Origin: an uncultured Clostridia bacterium
Lineage (GTDB): Bacteria > Bacillota > Clostridia > Christensenellales > UBA1242
Reading direction: 5' to 3'
DNA length: 64,000 nucleotides
NCBI GenBank assembly: GCA_934778205.1
Contig: CAKVOD010000003.1
Location: 109,890 to 173,889, forward strand
The notes below the pieces were generated by a model. The model saw nothing but the letters and a program-made list of their open reading frames with translations. It made no database searches and was not told where the DNA came from. Made by a program: the position numbers and the translations under genes. The first letter of the stretch is position 1; every line of letters begins with the position of its first letter. Shown one piece after another: positions 53,749-62,615 of this stretch.

Positions 53749-53790
53749 AGTTTTATTTTTTTAAAAATAGATATTTTTTTCTAAAAACGC

Positions 53791-53819
53791 TTGAACTTTT
53801 GTTCTAATTGTGCTATTAT
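53791..53819 (+). promoter_or_regulatory. dinB promoter overlapped by a LexA (Cheo) box
   Basis: TTGAAC (53791-53796), a 17-nt spacer, then TATTAT (53814-53819), preceded by TGC (extended -10). GAACTTTTGTTC (53793-53804) matches the Gram-positive SOS box core GAAC-N4-GTTC. Confidence 0.6.
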
Positions 53820-53950
53820 ATAAAAAATAATTAAAACAAATTTTCTATATAATACTTTTGTTATTTTGAAAATTCTACAAAAATTAAAAGTCATTGATTA
53901 TTATACAAAGTTTTTTGTTGCAACAAAATACGCGCCATATTGGAGAAAAA

Positions 53951-55186
53951 ATGAGAACAATTTTACACAGCGATTTGAACAATTTTTATGCATCGGTTGA
54001 GTGTCGTCGTAATCCGCTTTGGAAAGAATATCCACTTTGCGTGTGTGGCGACCCACGCGACAGGCACGGCATTGTGCTTGCAAAGAACTATATTGCAAAG
54101 AATATGGGCATCAAAACTGGTATGGTGCTGTGGCAAGCGCGTCAAATTTGTCCAAGCATCATATGTGTTATTGCAAACTTTGATGAATACATTGATTTTT
54201 CGCGCAGAGTCCGTGCGATTTATGAAGATTATACTGACCGCATCGAACCATTTGGGATTGATGAAGCGTGGCTTGATGTAACGGAGAGCAAGGCGCTATT
54301 TGGCGATGGCGCAAGCATTGCAAACGAAATTCGCGAGCGAATCAAGAAAGAAATTGGCATCACGGCGTCCGTGGGTGTTAGTTTCAACAAAATTTTTGCA
54401 AAACTTGGTTCGGATATGAAAAAACCCGACGCGACGACGATAATCACGGCGAAAAATTTCAAGGAAACGATTTGGGCGTTGCCCGTTGCGACACTTTTAT
54501 ATGTTGGCAGAGCGACAAACAAGAAAATGCACAATCTAGGAATTGAAACGATTGGCGACCTTGCAAACGCTAATCCTGACTACTTACGTTCAAAACTTGG
54601 CGTTTGGGGCAAGACACTTTGGGAGTTTGCAAACGGGCTTGACAATTCACCTGTCAAAAAGGTTGGACAAAGTAGCATCATAAAATCGGTGGGCAACAGT
54701 ATGACTGCACCGCGCGACATCGTGACGCCTGAACAGGCGCGCGTCGTTTTGACCGTGCTTGCGGAGTCTGTTGCTAGTCGTATGCGAAAATATGGCGTGG
54801 GCAAAGGTCGCGTTGTTTCGGTTTGGATGCGCGACAATGTGCTTGGAAGTTTTGTGCGACAACAAAAGTTTTTGACGCCGACAAGCAATTCGTTTGATAT
54901 CATTCATCGCGCAATGGCGATTCTCACAAAATATTATGATTTTTCGCTACCATTGCGCAGTTTAGGCGTTTCGGTCAGCGAGTTCGAAAGCGATTTTCAA
55001 CAACTCAGCCTTTGGGACACTGCCGATGAAACCAAAAAACAACAAGATTTGGCGGTTGAACAGATACGCAAGAAATATGGTTTTTCTTCCATTTCACGCG
55101 CAAACATTTTGTTCGAGTCCAAACTCATTGGCTTGGATATTGAAAACTCGCACACCATTCACCCTATGAGTTACTTCCGCGGGTAA
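53951..55186 (+). CDS. dinB: DNA polymerase IV (Y-family translesion polymerase)
   Basis: MRTILHSDLNNFYASVECRRNP...IVLAKNY.AK..GIKTGM....A...CP......ANF..Y...S......IY..YTD.IEPFGIDEAWLDVT: the classic DinB N-terminus. GGAG lies 5 nt upstream of the ATG at 53951 (the track ORF starts earlier at an alternative codon). Confidence 0.92.
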   Translation: MRTILHSDLNNFYASVECRRNPLWKEYPLCVCGDPRDRHGIVLAKNYIAKNMGIKTGMVLWQARQICPSIICVIANFDEYIDFSRRVRAIYEDYTDRIEPFGIDEAWLDVTESKALFGDGASIANEIRERIKKEIGITASVGVSFNKIFAKLGSDMKKPDATTIITAKNFKETIWALPVATLLYVGRATNKKMHNLGIETIGDLANANPDYLRSKLGVWGKTLWEFANGLDNSPVKKVGQSSIIKSVGNSMTAPRDIVTPEQARVVLTVLAESVASRMRKYGVGKGRVVSVWMRDNVLGSFVRQQKFLTPTSNSFDIIHRAMAILTKYYDFSLPLRSLGVSVSEFESDFQQLSLWDTADETKKQQDLAVEQIRKKYGFSSISRANILFESKLIGLDIENSHTIHPMSYFRG

Positions 55187-55187
55187 A

Positions 55188-55609
55188 GACCCGCCACTGC
55201 AGGTACTGTCCCTACAAGTAAATTACTTTCGTAGACGGCAATCTTTATTCTTTCTATAAATGTTTGTTCTCGACGGTGATAGCACCGCGGCTATGGCTAC
55301 TTTCCCTACGTCTAAGTACCTTTAGTGGACGGCAAATTAATTGCTTTCAATGCGCTGTTGTTCGCGCGGATAGCGCACGACCATATGTTATTACTGCGAG
55401 GACATAAAAAAATAGAAAGGATAAAGAGTATCGTTGATTAAAGCTATTTAGGCGTACTGACAGTACCCACGGTGGCGGAACTATCCCCGCTAGTACACAC
55501 AGCCGTGCGCTATCGTTTTGAGTGGCAACAAATATAAAAAGAACAGCAAGAATGCCGTCCTCAATAACAAATTAGACGTACTGACAATACCCACAACCGT
55601 GCGCTATCG
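55188..55609. repeat. Same ~97-bp repeat family filling the whole dinB/dnaI convergent spacer: ~2 direct units, then ~2.5 inverted units
   Basis: Direct units are at 55188-55272 (GCCACTGCAGGTACTGTCCCTACAAGTAAAT...TTTCTATAAATGTTTGTTCTCG) and 55273-55366 (degenerate). The inverted units at ~55401-55478, 55479-55515 (partial) and 55516-55609 read on the other strand as CGATAGCGCACGGTTGTGGGTATTGTCAGTACGTCTAAT... Confidence 0.8.
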
Positions 55610-56542
55610 CACACGTCGGCGCAAGTCGGAGTTATTTAAGTCAAATTTCAGTGCGTTGCCACTCATAACAAGACGCGAAGCAAGTCTATCGCCGTAACGT
55701 TCCATAAATTCTTCAGTCTTCAAGTTGGTCGAAATAATCGTCAACTTGTTTTTCATAATGCGCACATCAATAATATTTTGCATATATTCAAGCGAAATGT
55801 TTTGATAAATTGGCTCCGTACCCAAGTCGTCTATAATCAAAACATCGCAATCAATGAAAATTTGTTGCATCAAATTTTTTGTGTCAAACGAGCCTAAGTG
55901 CCATTCCAAAAGATTTTGCGAAAGTTCAAACGCAGGCATAAAACAGACCGCCACATTTTGATTCAATAATTCGTTTGCGACACATTCAAGAAAAAACGAC
56001 TTGCCCGCCCCCACTTCGCCACGAACAATGATGACGGGAACATTGAATTTTCCTTCGCCCGCAACAATTTTTTCGCCAAGTTTGAGCATTTTTTCGCCAA
56101 ATTCAGGTTTATCATAAATCTTTGGTTCAAAATCTTTGAACGTATGCGTCATTGAATTTCCCATATTGCTGTTTTGGAAAAGTGCGCGCGTAAGTTTGTT
56201 TTGAAAACAAGAACAACGCGTATTGCCAACAAAACCCGTGTCATTGCAAAGTTTGCAACTATAGTTTGGGCGAATATCTTGTAGCGTCAAGCCCATTTTT
56301 TGCAAAATCTCGGCGCGCTTGTTTTTCGCAGTCTTGATGCTCTCATCAACTTCCGCCGTCGATTTCCCCTCAAACTCTTGTTTTGCCTTTTCAATAATTA
56401 AACCGCGAATTTCTTTATCAATTGCTTCAAAATCTTTATTTTGTAGCGCTTTAAAATATCGAACATCCGCCAAATGTTCGGCGTCCTGCCTATTCGTCAA
56501 AATTTCGTTCAAGATTTTGTTTTCTATTTCTATTTTGTTCAT
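55604..56542 (-). CDS. dnaI: Primosomal helicase-loader ATPase DnaI/DnaC family
   Basis: 312 aa. The N-terminal zinc-binding region is CKLCNDTGF...CSCF. The AAA+ core has IIVRGEVGAGKSFFLECVANEL and LIIDDLG. It lies downstream of the DnaD-type dnaB, as in Bacillus. Confidence 0.85.
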   Translation of the reverse strand: MNKIEIENKILNEILTNRQDAEHLADVRYFKALQNKDFEAIDKEIRGLIIEKAKQEFEGKSTAEVDESIKTAKNKRAEILQKMGLTLQDIRPNYSCKLCNDTGFVGNTRCSCFQNKLTRALFQNSNMGNSMTHTFKDFEPKIYDKPEFGEKMLKLGEKIVAGEGKFNVPVIIVRGEVGAGKSFFLECVANELLNQNVAVCFMPAFELSQNLLEWHLGSFDTKNLMQQIFIDCDVLIIDDLGTEPIYQNISLEYMQNIIDVRIMKNKLTIISTNLKTEEFMERYGDRLASRLVMSGNALKFDLNNSDLRRRVR

Positions 56543-56556
56543 TTATTTATCTCCAC

Positions 56557-58011
56557 TCAAATGAAATTATCTATATTATTAAACACGCCGTCAAGTTCTT
56601 CTTTTGTATACTCGCGATGACGGATTGCAATGTTTGATTTTCCTTTCCCAGTTTGCGTTGCTGATTTCGATGTCAATTTGTTTGCTTGTTCTTTCGCTTT
56701 TTCGACGCTGTCAACGCCGTTTTCTTTCCATTCAGATAAAACTTTGTTTAGATACTGCATCGGTTGCGCTTTGTCTTTCGCTAGGCTTGCGCCAAACATA
56801 ATGATTTCGTGGCAAAGCCCCCAACTATATGTCCACGTACGATAAAAATCTCTATCCCACGACGTCACGTTTCTCATCAGCCCGCACTCGGTCAAAACTT
56901 CTTTGATTGTGCTGTCCGTTTTGATTGAGTTCTCAATTTGTTGATTGAGGCTGTCAAGCGTGACAATGCCGTGCGCATAAAACTTGTTGATTGCCCCGTT
57001 GACTCCCTCAAGTGTTCTAATCGAGTTTTTGAAGCAGTTGTTTGCAATGGCAAGCAGTGTTTGTTCGTCGTACCCCTTTGCAAGCCACGGCTGAACATAG
57101 TTTGTAATGACGGGGTCAAGATTATCATAATATACGCCAATCGACTTTGTGATTGCTTTTGCAAGTTTTATGATATTGTCGCGCTCACTCTCAAAACTGT
57201 CAATTTCTTTCACTGAATACAACTTCAATTCAAAATAGTTGAGCAATTTTGAATCTAGTCTATAAATTGTTGGACTTATGTGAATGTTTTTCGCGACAAA
57301 CAATATGACATTATGTTCAAAGCCGAGTTCTTCCGTCCACTTCTTGTAGAACTGTCTGTCCTCAAATGTTGCTTTTCTTTTGCTCTTAAGCGCTTTGACA
57401 ACTTCGCTGACTTTGTCAAGTGACTGCTCAAATTCCTCAATCTTTTTGCTGACATCTTCTTCAGTGTGCGCCCCCTCTTGCGCCCAGTTTTTTGCAACGG
57501 TTGTTATGTACTTATAGCCCACGCTACCGCCCTTTTGACTGACGCAAAATTTTGCAATCAACAAAAATGCAGAAGTTTCAATGTGGTATTCCTCCATCGT
57601 TTCATAGTATGCGCTATACTCGTTTGGCAAAATCATTGCCCCTGACTTTATGTCCTGCATCATCAAATTGAAATCTTCATACTTTGATTTGCTCCACTTG
57701 TGGTTTTGTGAAATTGCGTTTTTGAGCGGATACAACATTACTTGGCACGGGTCGCCATACAAATGCAACAGTCCCTCATTTTCCCAATATTTGAGTGCGT
57801 TCATAACATCTAGTTCCGCCATATTCAAGATTTTGCAAATCTTTTCAAGGTCATTGTCGGGGCTGTCGCCATTGCTCGACAAATACAAGCAATATACATA
57901 GACTTTGACAAAGTCACTTTGTGCGTACGGCAAATAGTCGTTTATAAAAATATTGTCAATTTCAGTTTTTGAATTTTCAATGAAGTCGCTTGATTGCTTT
58001 ATGAATGCCAT
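56557..58011 (-). CDS. dnaB: Replication initiation/membrane attachment protein (Bacillota DnaB, DnaD-domain family)
   Basis: 484 aa. It has repeated DnaD-like domains (...LFVAKNIHISPTIYRLD..; ...IMFGASLAKDKAQPMQYLNKVLSEWKENGV.SVEKA). The size and the dnaB-dnaI gene pair are typical. Confidence 0.75.
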   Translation of the reverse strand: MAFIKQSSDFIENSKTEIDNIFINDYLPYAQSDFVKVYVYCLYLSSNGDSPDNDLEKICKILNMAELDVMNALKYWENEGLLHLYGDPCQVMLYPLKNAISQNHKWSKSKYEDFNLMMQDIKSGAMILPNEYSAYYETMEEYHIETSAFLLIAKFCVSQKGGSVGYKYITTVAKNWAQEGAHTEEDVSKKIEEFEQSLDKVSEVVKALKSKRKATFEDRQFYKKWTEELGFEHNVILFVAKNIHISPTIYRLDSKLLNYFELKLYSVKEIDSFESERDNIIKLAKAITKSIGVYYDNLDPVITNYVQPWLAKGYDEQTLLAIANNCFKNSIRTLEGVNGAINKFYAHGIVTLDSLNQQIENSIKTDSTIKEVLTECGLMRNVTSWDRDFYRTWTYSWGLCHEIIMFGASLAKDKAQPMQYLNKVLSEWKENGVDSVEKAKEQANKLTSKSATQTGKGKSNIAIRHREYTKEELDGVFNNIDNFI

Positions 58012-58149
58012 TGTTTTGTCCCCTTTGCTTTTCGCATTGAATATGTCACAAATTTGTTATTGTTTATTATAACATATAAAAACATTTTTCACAACAATTT
58101 TTGCAAAGCATAGTTGAATATTGCATATACAACGATAATATAATAGAAT

Positions 58150-58788
58150 ATGGTAAAGTTTGATTTTCGTAGGTCGATGAACGAAATGGCATTTAACCTC
58201 AAAGACCATTTTGCACGCTTCAAGAAAATGTACATAGTTTTTTTGTTGATTATGTTATTGGGACTCATAACAGGTATGCTGACCGCTTTCAAGTACACAG
58301 GGCAAATTACCGTCCAGCACCTAAATGACAATGTGCTTGTCGGTTTTCTTGAGGAAAAAGTAAGCGCGTTTAGCCTACTTTTCAAGCGAATATTTGCTTT
58401 TTGTATATTGTTTTTTATAATTATAGCGATAAACTTCAAAAAATTCACGTGTTTTTTAAACTTTTTTCTCATTTTGTATGAAAGTTATTTGCTCGGCTTA
58501 AATTCCGCCATATTCATAATGCTGTTCAACATCAGTGGAATAATCAATGTTTTCCTTGTCTATCTTCCTTGTCACCTCATATCGCTTGTTGCGCTAATGG
58601 GGTTATGCACCGTCTTTTGCAGTTCGTGTTTTTCGCTGTGTCGCTACCGCGAAAGTATTTTCAGCCAATTTTTCTGGCAACAAAACGGACGCTCAATTGT
58701 CACATTTCTGCTTATTGCCATTTTCGCATTTTTGCTTGAAATGTTGTTGCTCCCGTCCTTTTGTTCCGCGTTTTTCATTGTCAAATAA
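58150..58788 (+). CDS. Polytopic membrane protein, SpoIIM-like (stage II sporulation protein M / DUF95 family)
   Basis: 212 aa. The architecture and motifs parallel B. subtilis SpoIIM (..KDHF....K.YIVFLLIMLLGLITG.., ..VYLPCHLISLVAL.., ..LLEMLLLPSF). The true start may be an internal ATG (MNEMAF or MAFNLK). Confidence 0.5.
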   Translation: MVKFDFRRSMNEMAFNLKDHFARFKKMYIVFLLIMLLGLITGMLTAFKYTGQITVQHLNDNVLVGFLEEKVSAFSLLFKRIFAFCILFFIIIAINFKKFTCFLNFFLILYESYLLGLNSAIFIMLFNISGIINVFLVYLPCHLISLVALMGLCTVFCSSCFSLCRYRESIFSQFFWQQNGRSIVTFLLIAIFAFLLEMLLLPSFCSAFFIVK

Positions 58789-58795
58789 AAAACTC

Positions 58796-58844
58796 AAAAA
58801 GAGTGCTTGCACCCCTATGTCGGGTGCTTTAGCACTCTTTAAAA
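58796..58844. terminator. Strong bidirectional terminator between convergent genes
   Basis: AAAGAGTGCT (58798-58807) pairs with AGCACTCTTT (58831-58840), extended by GCACCC/GGGTGC. It is flanked by A- and T-runs. Confidence 0.75.
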
Positions 58845-58873
58845 TTACAATGTATACTGTGGTTGATTGTTTC

Positions 58874-59521
58874 TTATACCACAACGCAGTTTTTCCACGA
58901 GCCGTCACCTGTCAATTCGAATGATAAGTTCATTGCGTTTTTAGTGTCTGTCGAAATTTCGTAGCACGCAAAGTTGGTTGGCGCGAGTGTTGCGCCGTCC
59001 AAAAGTACTGTCAATCGACTTCCAAATGGTCTTGTGGCAAGTATTTTGTATGTTTTCTTTTGCTCTAAAGCAACACTAATTGAAATTGTACCTGATACAC
59101 AACTATATTCGGCAATGCACTCATTCCCGTCCATAACTGTAAGCATAAGCAAACTGTTTACCGCACTGTTTGTGGCTGTTAAATTTAATATTGTGCCCGC
59201 CGATTCAACATTTGCTTGAACGCGCACCGCTTTACTTAAATTTGACACGGTTACAGTTAGTTTTCCACCACTGTACGTATAACTATAATCACAGTACCCT
59301 TCACTTGCCAGAGACCCGCGCCCGCTCGCGCTGCTCGCGGTTATTGTTTTGGTGCCCGTTTCTGTAATCAAGTCAAATGAAGTTATTTGGTATTTGCTGG
59401 TGTCAATAGCCGCGTACTCAACCGTACGTGTACCTTTTGTTGTGTCACTTGAGTTTTTTACAACATAATTTGAATAATTGTATTCACTAAGGATTGTTTG
59501 ATACGCCGCCTTTAATGACAA
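58874..59521 (-). CDS. C-terminal segment of a surface protein (in frame with, and separated by one TAA from, the ORF 59669-60910)
   Basis: The track start is a TTG with no RBS. The frame is open all the way up to the TAA at 59669-59671. The C-terminal ~100 aa (..LMLTVMDGNECIAEYSCVSGTISISVALEQKKTYKILATRPFGSRLTVLLDG..) resemble the C-terminus of the 44435-45415 product. Confidence 0.55.
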   Translation of the reverse strand: MSLKAAYQTILSEYNYSNYVVKNSSDTTKGTRTVEYAAIDTSKYQITSFDLITETGTKTITASSASGRGSLASEGYCDYSYTYSGGKLTVTVSNLSKAVRVQANVESAGTILNLTATNSAVNSLLMLTVMDGNECIAEYSCVSGTISISVALEQKKTYKILATRPFGSRLTVLLDGATLAPTNFACYEISTDTKNAMNLSFELTGDGSWKNCVVV

Positions 59522-59668
59522 GCTTGCGCTTGTGGCGTCGTTATAGCCAGACTTAACGCTGGCAGATACCTTACAGAGCTGCTGCTCTGCAAGGGAATCA
59601 AGAGAGAGATGGAGCGCAACGCGAACGCCGTTGCAGTTGTTGACATTATTGCTGCTATTGTTACCATT

Positions 59669-60910
59669 TTAGTTGATTTCGCGCGCGAAATGGTTACTGT
59701 TAGAATTGCCAGAACGCAGCCACGCCCAGGAATTTATTACTCTATCATACCCGTTCATTCTCCATAAGCCTGTGCGACCGTTAGTTGTACATTTCACAAA
59801 AGTATAGTTCCCTTCACCGTCTTCTTCTCCATTATACACAACCAAGTCATCATCTTTTGTTAAATCAGTCTCTTGTGCTTGGTCATTAACATTCCACACC
59901 CACGATAGTTCCGTATCTTCTTTCTCCCATTCATTTGTGGTCTTATTCTTTACTGAGAATACCTCATATCCACTTGGTATCCATAATAAGTCACTGACAT
60001 TATCTAAGCCATTTGTTATACTATAACTTGTGCTACCGTCTGAATCGGGTTGGTTAGCAGTGCTTTGCCAACTGCTTGGTACATCTTTTGGTGCGACCAG
60101 ATATGATGTGCCATACTTTGTTGATACTTGACTTTCTAGTGAGTTTGTTCCTGTGCTAACAAAGTCACGCAAAAGACTTTTCCCTGACTTTGTGGCGTTT
60201 GAGTTAGTCGAACTAGCAATATTAGTTTGACTTGTTAAATAATTATTGCACGTCGTACCGCTCACATACACATCAAATTGCGATTCCGTTTTGTACTGGC
60301 TGTTCATATAAAGTGTAAGGACGTCACTTGTGTCGTCCATTGAGCGATATACTACTTGCCACTGTACTGCTTTGTCGTTTGCGTCAATAATTGTGTCGCC
60401 GTATAGTGTGACAAGCAATTGCGCAAAGTTGCGGCTTGTATCACTATCTAACTTGCCAAAATCTTCGCAAGTTAGTGCGGTATATGCGCTTCCAGAAATT
60501 GGCGTTGTGTTATTTTCTGTTACGCCGTTCCACACGGTTGTTGAATTGATATAGGAAAGCAAGTCATACAGCACTTCCCCATCCACAGTATTATTGCCCG
60601 TGAACAATGGCTTGCTTGCCGTGTTCACTTGCACCCACGGCGCATTTGTAAATTCTCCGTCGTTTACTTGCCCCGCATCTAGCGGCGCTGTTTTTTTGAA
60701 ATTGAATATTGGTGTCATAGCTAAAACTAGCCCTATACAAATCGACAAAAGCCACAAAAGCATATGCTTTGCAGAATCGAACTTGCTCTGTCTAGTTTTG
60801 CACTTTGTTTGGGTATACTGTTGTTTTTCACAGTTAAGTGTACTAAAATAATGCCTTAAACTGTTATTTTTACAACTTCTACCCACACCTCCTTTTTGTT
60901 CTATTTTCAT
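59669..60910 (-). CDS. Signal-anchored surface protein (413 aa up to an in-frame TAA); the C-terminal part is tentatively DUF6273-like
   Basis: RBS GGGAG lies upstream. A basic cytoplasmic N-tail is followed by a helix (MLLWLLSICIGLVLAMTPIF). The extracellular S/T/N-rich region has ..DLLWIPSGYEVF...GLWRMNGYDRVINSWAWLRSG, reminiscent of the (L/F)LLS..E...WWLRS pattern. Confidence 0.7.
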   Translation of the reverse strand: MKIEQKGGVGRSCKNNSLRHYFSTLNCEKQQYTQTKCKTRQSKFDSAKHMLLWLLSICIGLVLAMTPIFNFKKTAPLDAGQVNDGEFTNAPWVQVNTASKPLFTGNNTVDGEVLYDLLSYINSTTVWNGVTENNTTPISGSAYTALTCEDFGKLDSDTSRNFAQLLVTLYGDTIIDANDKAVQWQVVYRSMDDTSDVLTLYMNSQYKTESQFDVYVSGTTCNNYLTSQTNIASSTNSNATKSGKSLLRDFVSTGTNSLESQVSTKYGTSYLVAPKDVPSSWQSTANQPDSDGSTSYSITNGLDNVSDLLWIPSGYEVFSVKNKTTNEWEKEDTELSWVWNVNDQAQETDLTKDDDLVVYNGEEDGEGNYTFVKCTTNGRTGLWRMNGYDRVINSWAWLRSGNSNSNHFAREIN

Positions 60911-61018
60911 AATATTTCTCCCTTGTATTCACATTTTTGTCCTAAAGAAAAAACCTACTACATAACCCCTTGCAGCGTGAATTATTCTCTAAGTACAATC
61001 CTATGATAATACAAGTTT

Positions 61019-61047
61019 AGTATACCCAAAATTTTGTTTTTAGTCAA
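61019..61047 (-). promoter_or_regulatory. Near-consensus sigma-A promoter for the surface-protein gene at 60910
   Basis: Minus strand TTGACT (reverse of 61042-61047), a 17-nt spacer, then TATACT (reverse of 61019-61024), immediately after the glmM stop. Confidence 0.65.
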
Positions 61048-61064
61048 ATGTTTTTGTATGCTTT

Positions 61065-62405
61065 TCACAAAAGTTGCAAAATTGTTTTGTGGAGATAGGT
61101 TGCTATGTCGTTTATCAGTGTTTCGTCCTCGCCCTCGACGAGTATGCGTATTTTGTTTTCTGTACCGCTGGCGCGCACGACCAGCCGACCGCCGTCGCTG
61201 AGCAAGGTTTGTGCGCGGTCGACTGCGTCGAGCAATTTTTCGCTCTTCAAAACTTCGTTTTTGTCCTTGTTTTGGACTGGCACGTCAATTTCGATAGCGG
61301 GGTAGATTTGCAAATCTTGCAATATTTCTTGAGGAGTTTTGTTTAAAATCTTTAATAATTTCAACATATACAATGCACTGTATATGCCGTCGCCTGTTTT
61401 GGCAAAGTCACTAATGATTATATGCCCCGCTTTTTCGCCACCTAGTGGAAGTTTTTCATTTTGCAGGCAAATGCTGACATTTTTGTCGCCGACTTGAACA
61501 CGCTTTACTGTTATTCCGCGCTTATTTAGTGAATGTTCGACGCCAAAATTTGTCAATATGGTTGCAACTAATGTATTGCCATAGAGGACGCCCATTTCTT
61601 TCATAAGAACTGCAAGCGTGTACATAATTTTGTCGCCGTCCACAATTCCGCCGTCGTTTAGCACGCATATGACGCGGTCGCCGTCCCCGTCAAAAGCAAA
61701 CCCGATGTCGAATTTTCCAAGTTTGATTGAATTTTGCAAAAATTCGGGGTGCAATGCACCGCAATTTGTGTTGATATTAATTCCGTTTGCGGTGTTATTG
61801 AACGCCACAACTTTGGCATTCAGTCGTTTGAACACTTCCTCGGCGCACGCGCAACACGCGCCATTTGCACAATCGAGTGCAACATTATAGTTTGACAAGT
61901 CTATATTGATGTTGTTTGCTATCTTTTCAATATACTTTAGGCGCAAATTTTCATCTACTGTATATTCCCCCATTTTGTCAAACGTTTGCAAGCCAAAATC
62001 TGTTTGGTTTTTTAAAACATACTCAAGTTTTTTGATGCTTTCATCATTTAGTTTGTTGCCCGTTGTGTCAAATATTTTAATTCCGTTATATTGTGGCGGA
62101 TTGTGCGATGCTGTAATCATCACGCCAAAATCAAACTCATTTGCAAGCACGCTGACTGCGGGCGTAGGCAAAATGCCAGCGTCGATGACGTCTGCACCGT
62201 GTGCAAGTGCGCCCGCTATGAGTGCGTGTTTGACAAAATCGGTGCTTGTGCGCGTGTCGCCTGCAATCATAATTCGTGGGCGGTGCAAGGAATTTTTATT
62301 TTCGCTTGCCAACACTGCAAGCGCTTTGCCGATATTGTAACAAAGTTTTGGGGTCAAAAACTCCCCCGCAATCCCGCGTATTCCATCTGTTCCAAATAAA
62401 TTCAT
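61065..62405 (-). CDS. glmM: Phosphoglucosamine mutase
   Basis: MNLFGTDGIRGIAGE...GVMITASHNPPQYNGIKIF...FAFDGDGDR...GGEKAGHII...RASGTENKIRI: all four phosphohexomutase motifs are present. The ATG at 62405 follows GGAGAG (the track ORF starts 81 nt earlier). Confidence 0.93.
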   Translation of the reverse strand: MNLFGTDGIRGIAGEFLTPKLCYNIGKALAVLASENKNSLHRPRIMIAGDTRTSTDFVKHALIAGALAHGADVIDAGILPTPAVSVLANEFDFGVMITASHNPPQYNGIKIFDTTGNKLNDESIKKLEYVLKNQTDFGLQTFDKMGEYTVDENLRLKYIEKIANNINIDLSNYNVALDCANGACCACAEEVFKRLNAKVVAFNNTANGININTNCGALHPEFLQNSIKLGKFDIGFAFDGDGDRVICVLNDGGIVDGDKIMYTLAVLMKEMGVLYGNTLVATILTNFGVEHSLNKRGITVKRVQVGDKNVSICLQNEKLPLGGEKAGHIIISDFAKTGDGIYSALYMLKLLKILNKTPQEILQDLQIYPAIEIDVPVQNKDKNEVLKSEKLLDAVDRAQTLLSDGGRLVVRASGTENKIRILVEGEDETLINDIATYLHKTILQLL

Positions 62406-62615
62406 ATTCTCTCCAAAATTTGATATTATAAAGTAAACTATGTATTTGGTTTTGTTGTTGTGATAAAATTTTTGACTTTTTGTCATTATACAAATTGTAA
62501 GCGCATATAATATCCATTAACAAATTTATTTGGCGCAGGTAAAAAAAAATAAATATTTACTTGTATTTTAACGCAAAATATAGTACAATGTTTATAGTAA
62601 ATTAAGGAGAAAATT

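Noticed and set aside
58089-58472. 127-aa minus-strand ORF.
   Set aside because: It overlaps the plus-strand SpoIIM-like membrane gene and the divergent promoter region. Its composition is a basic/Ile-rich shadow, and it has no RBS.
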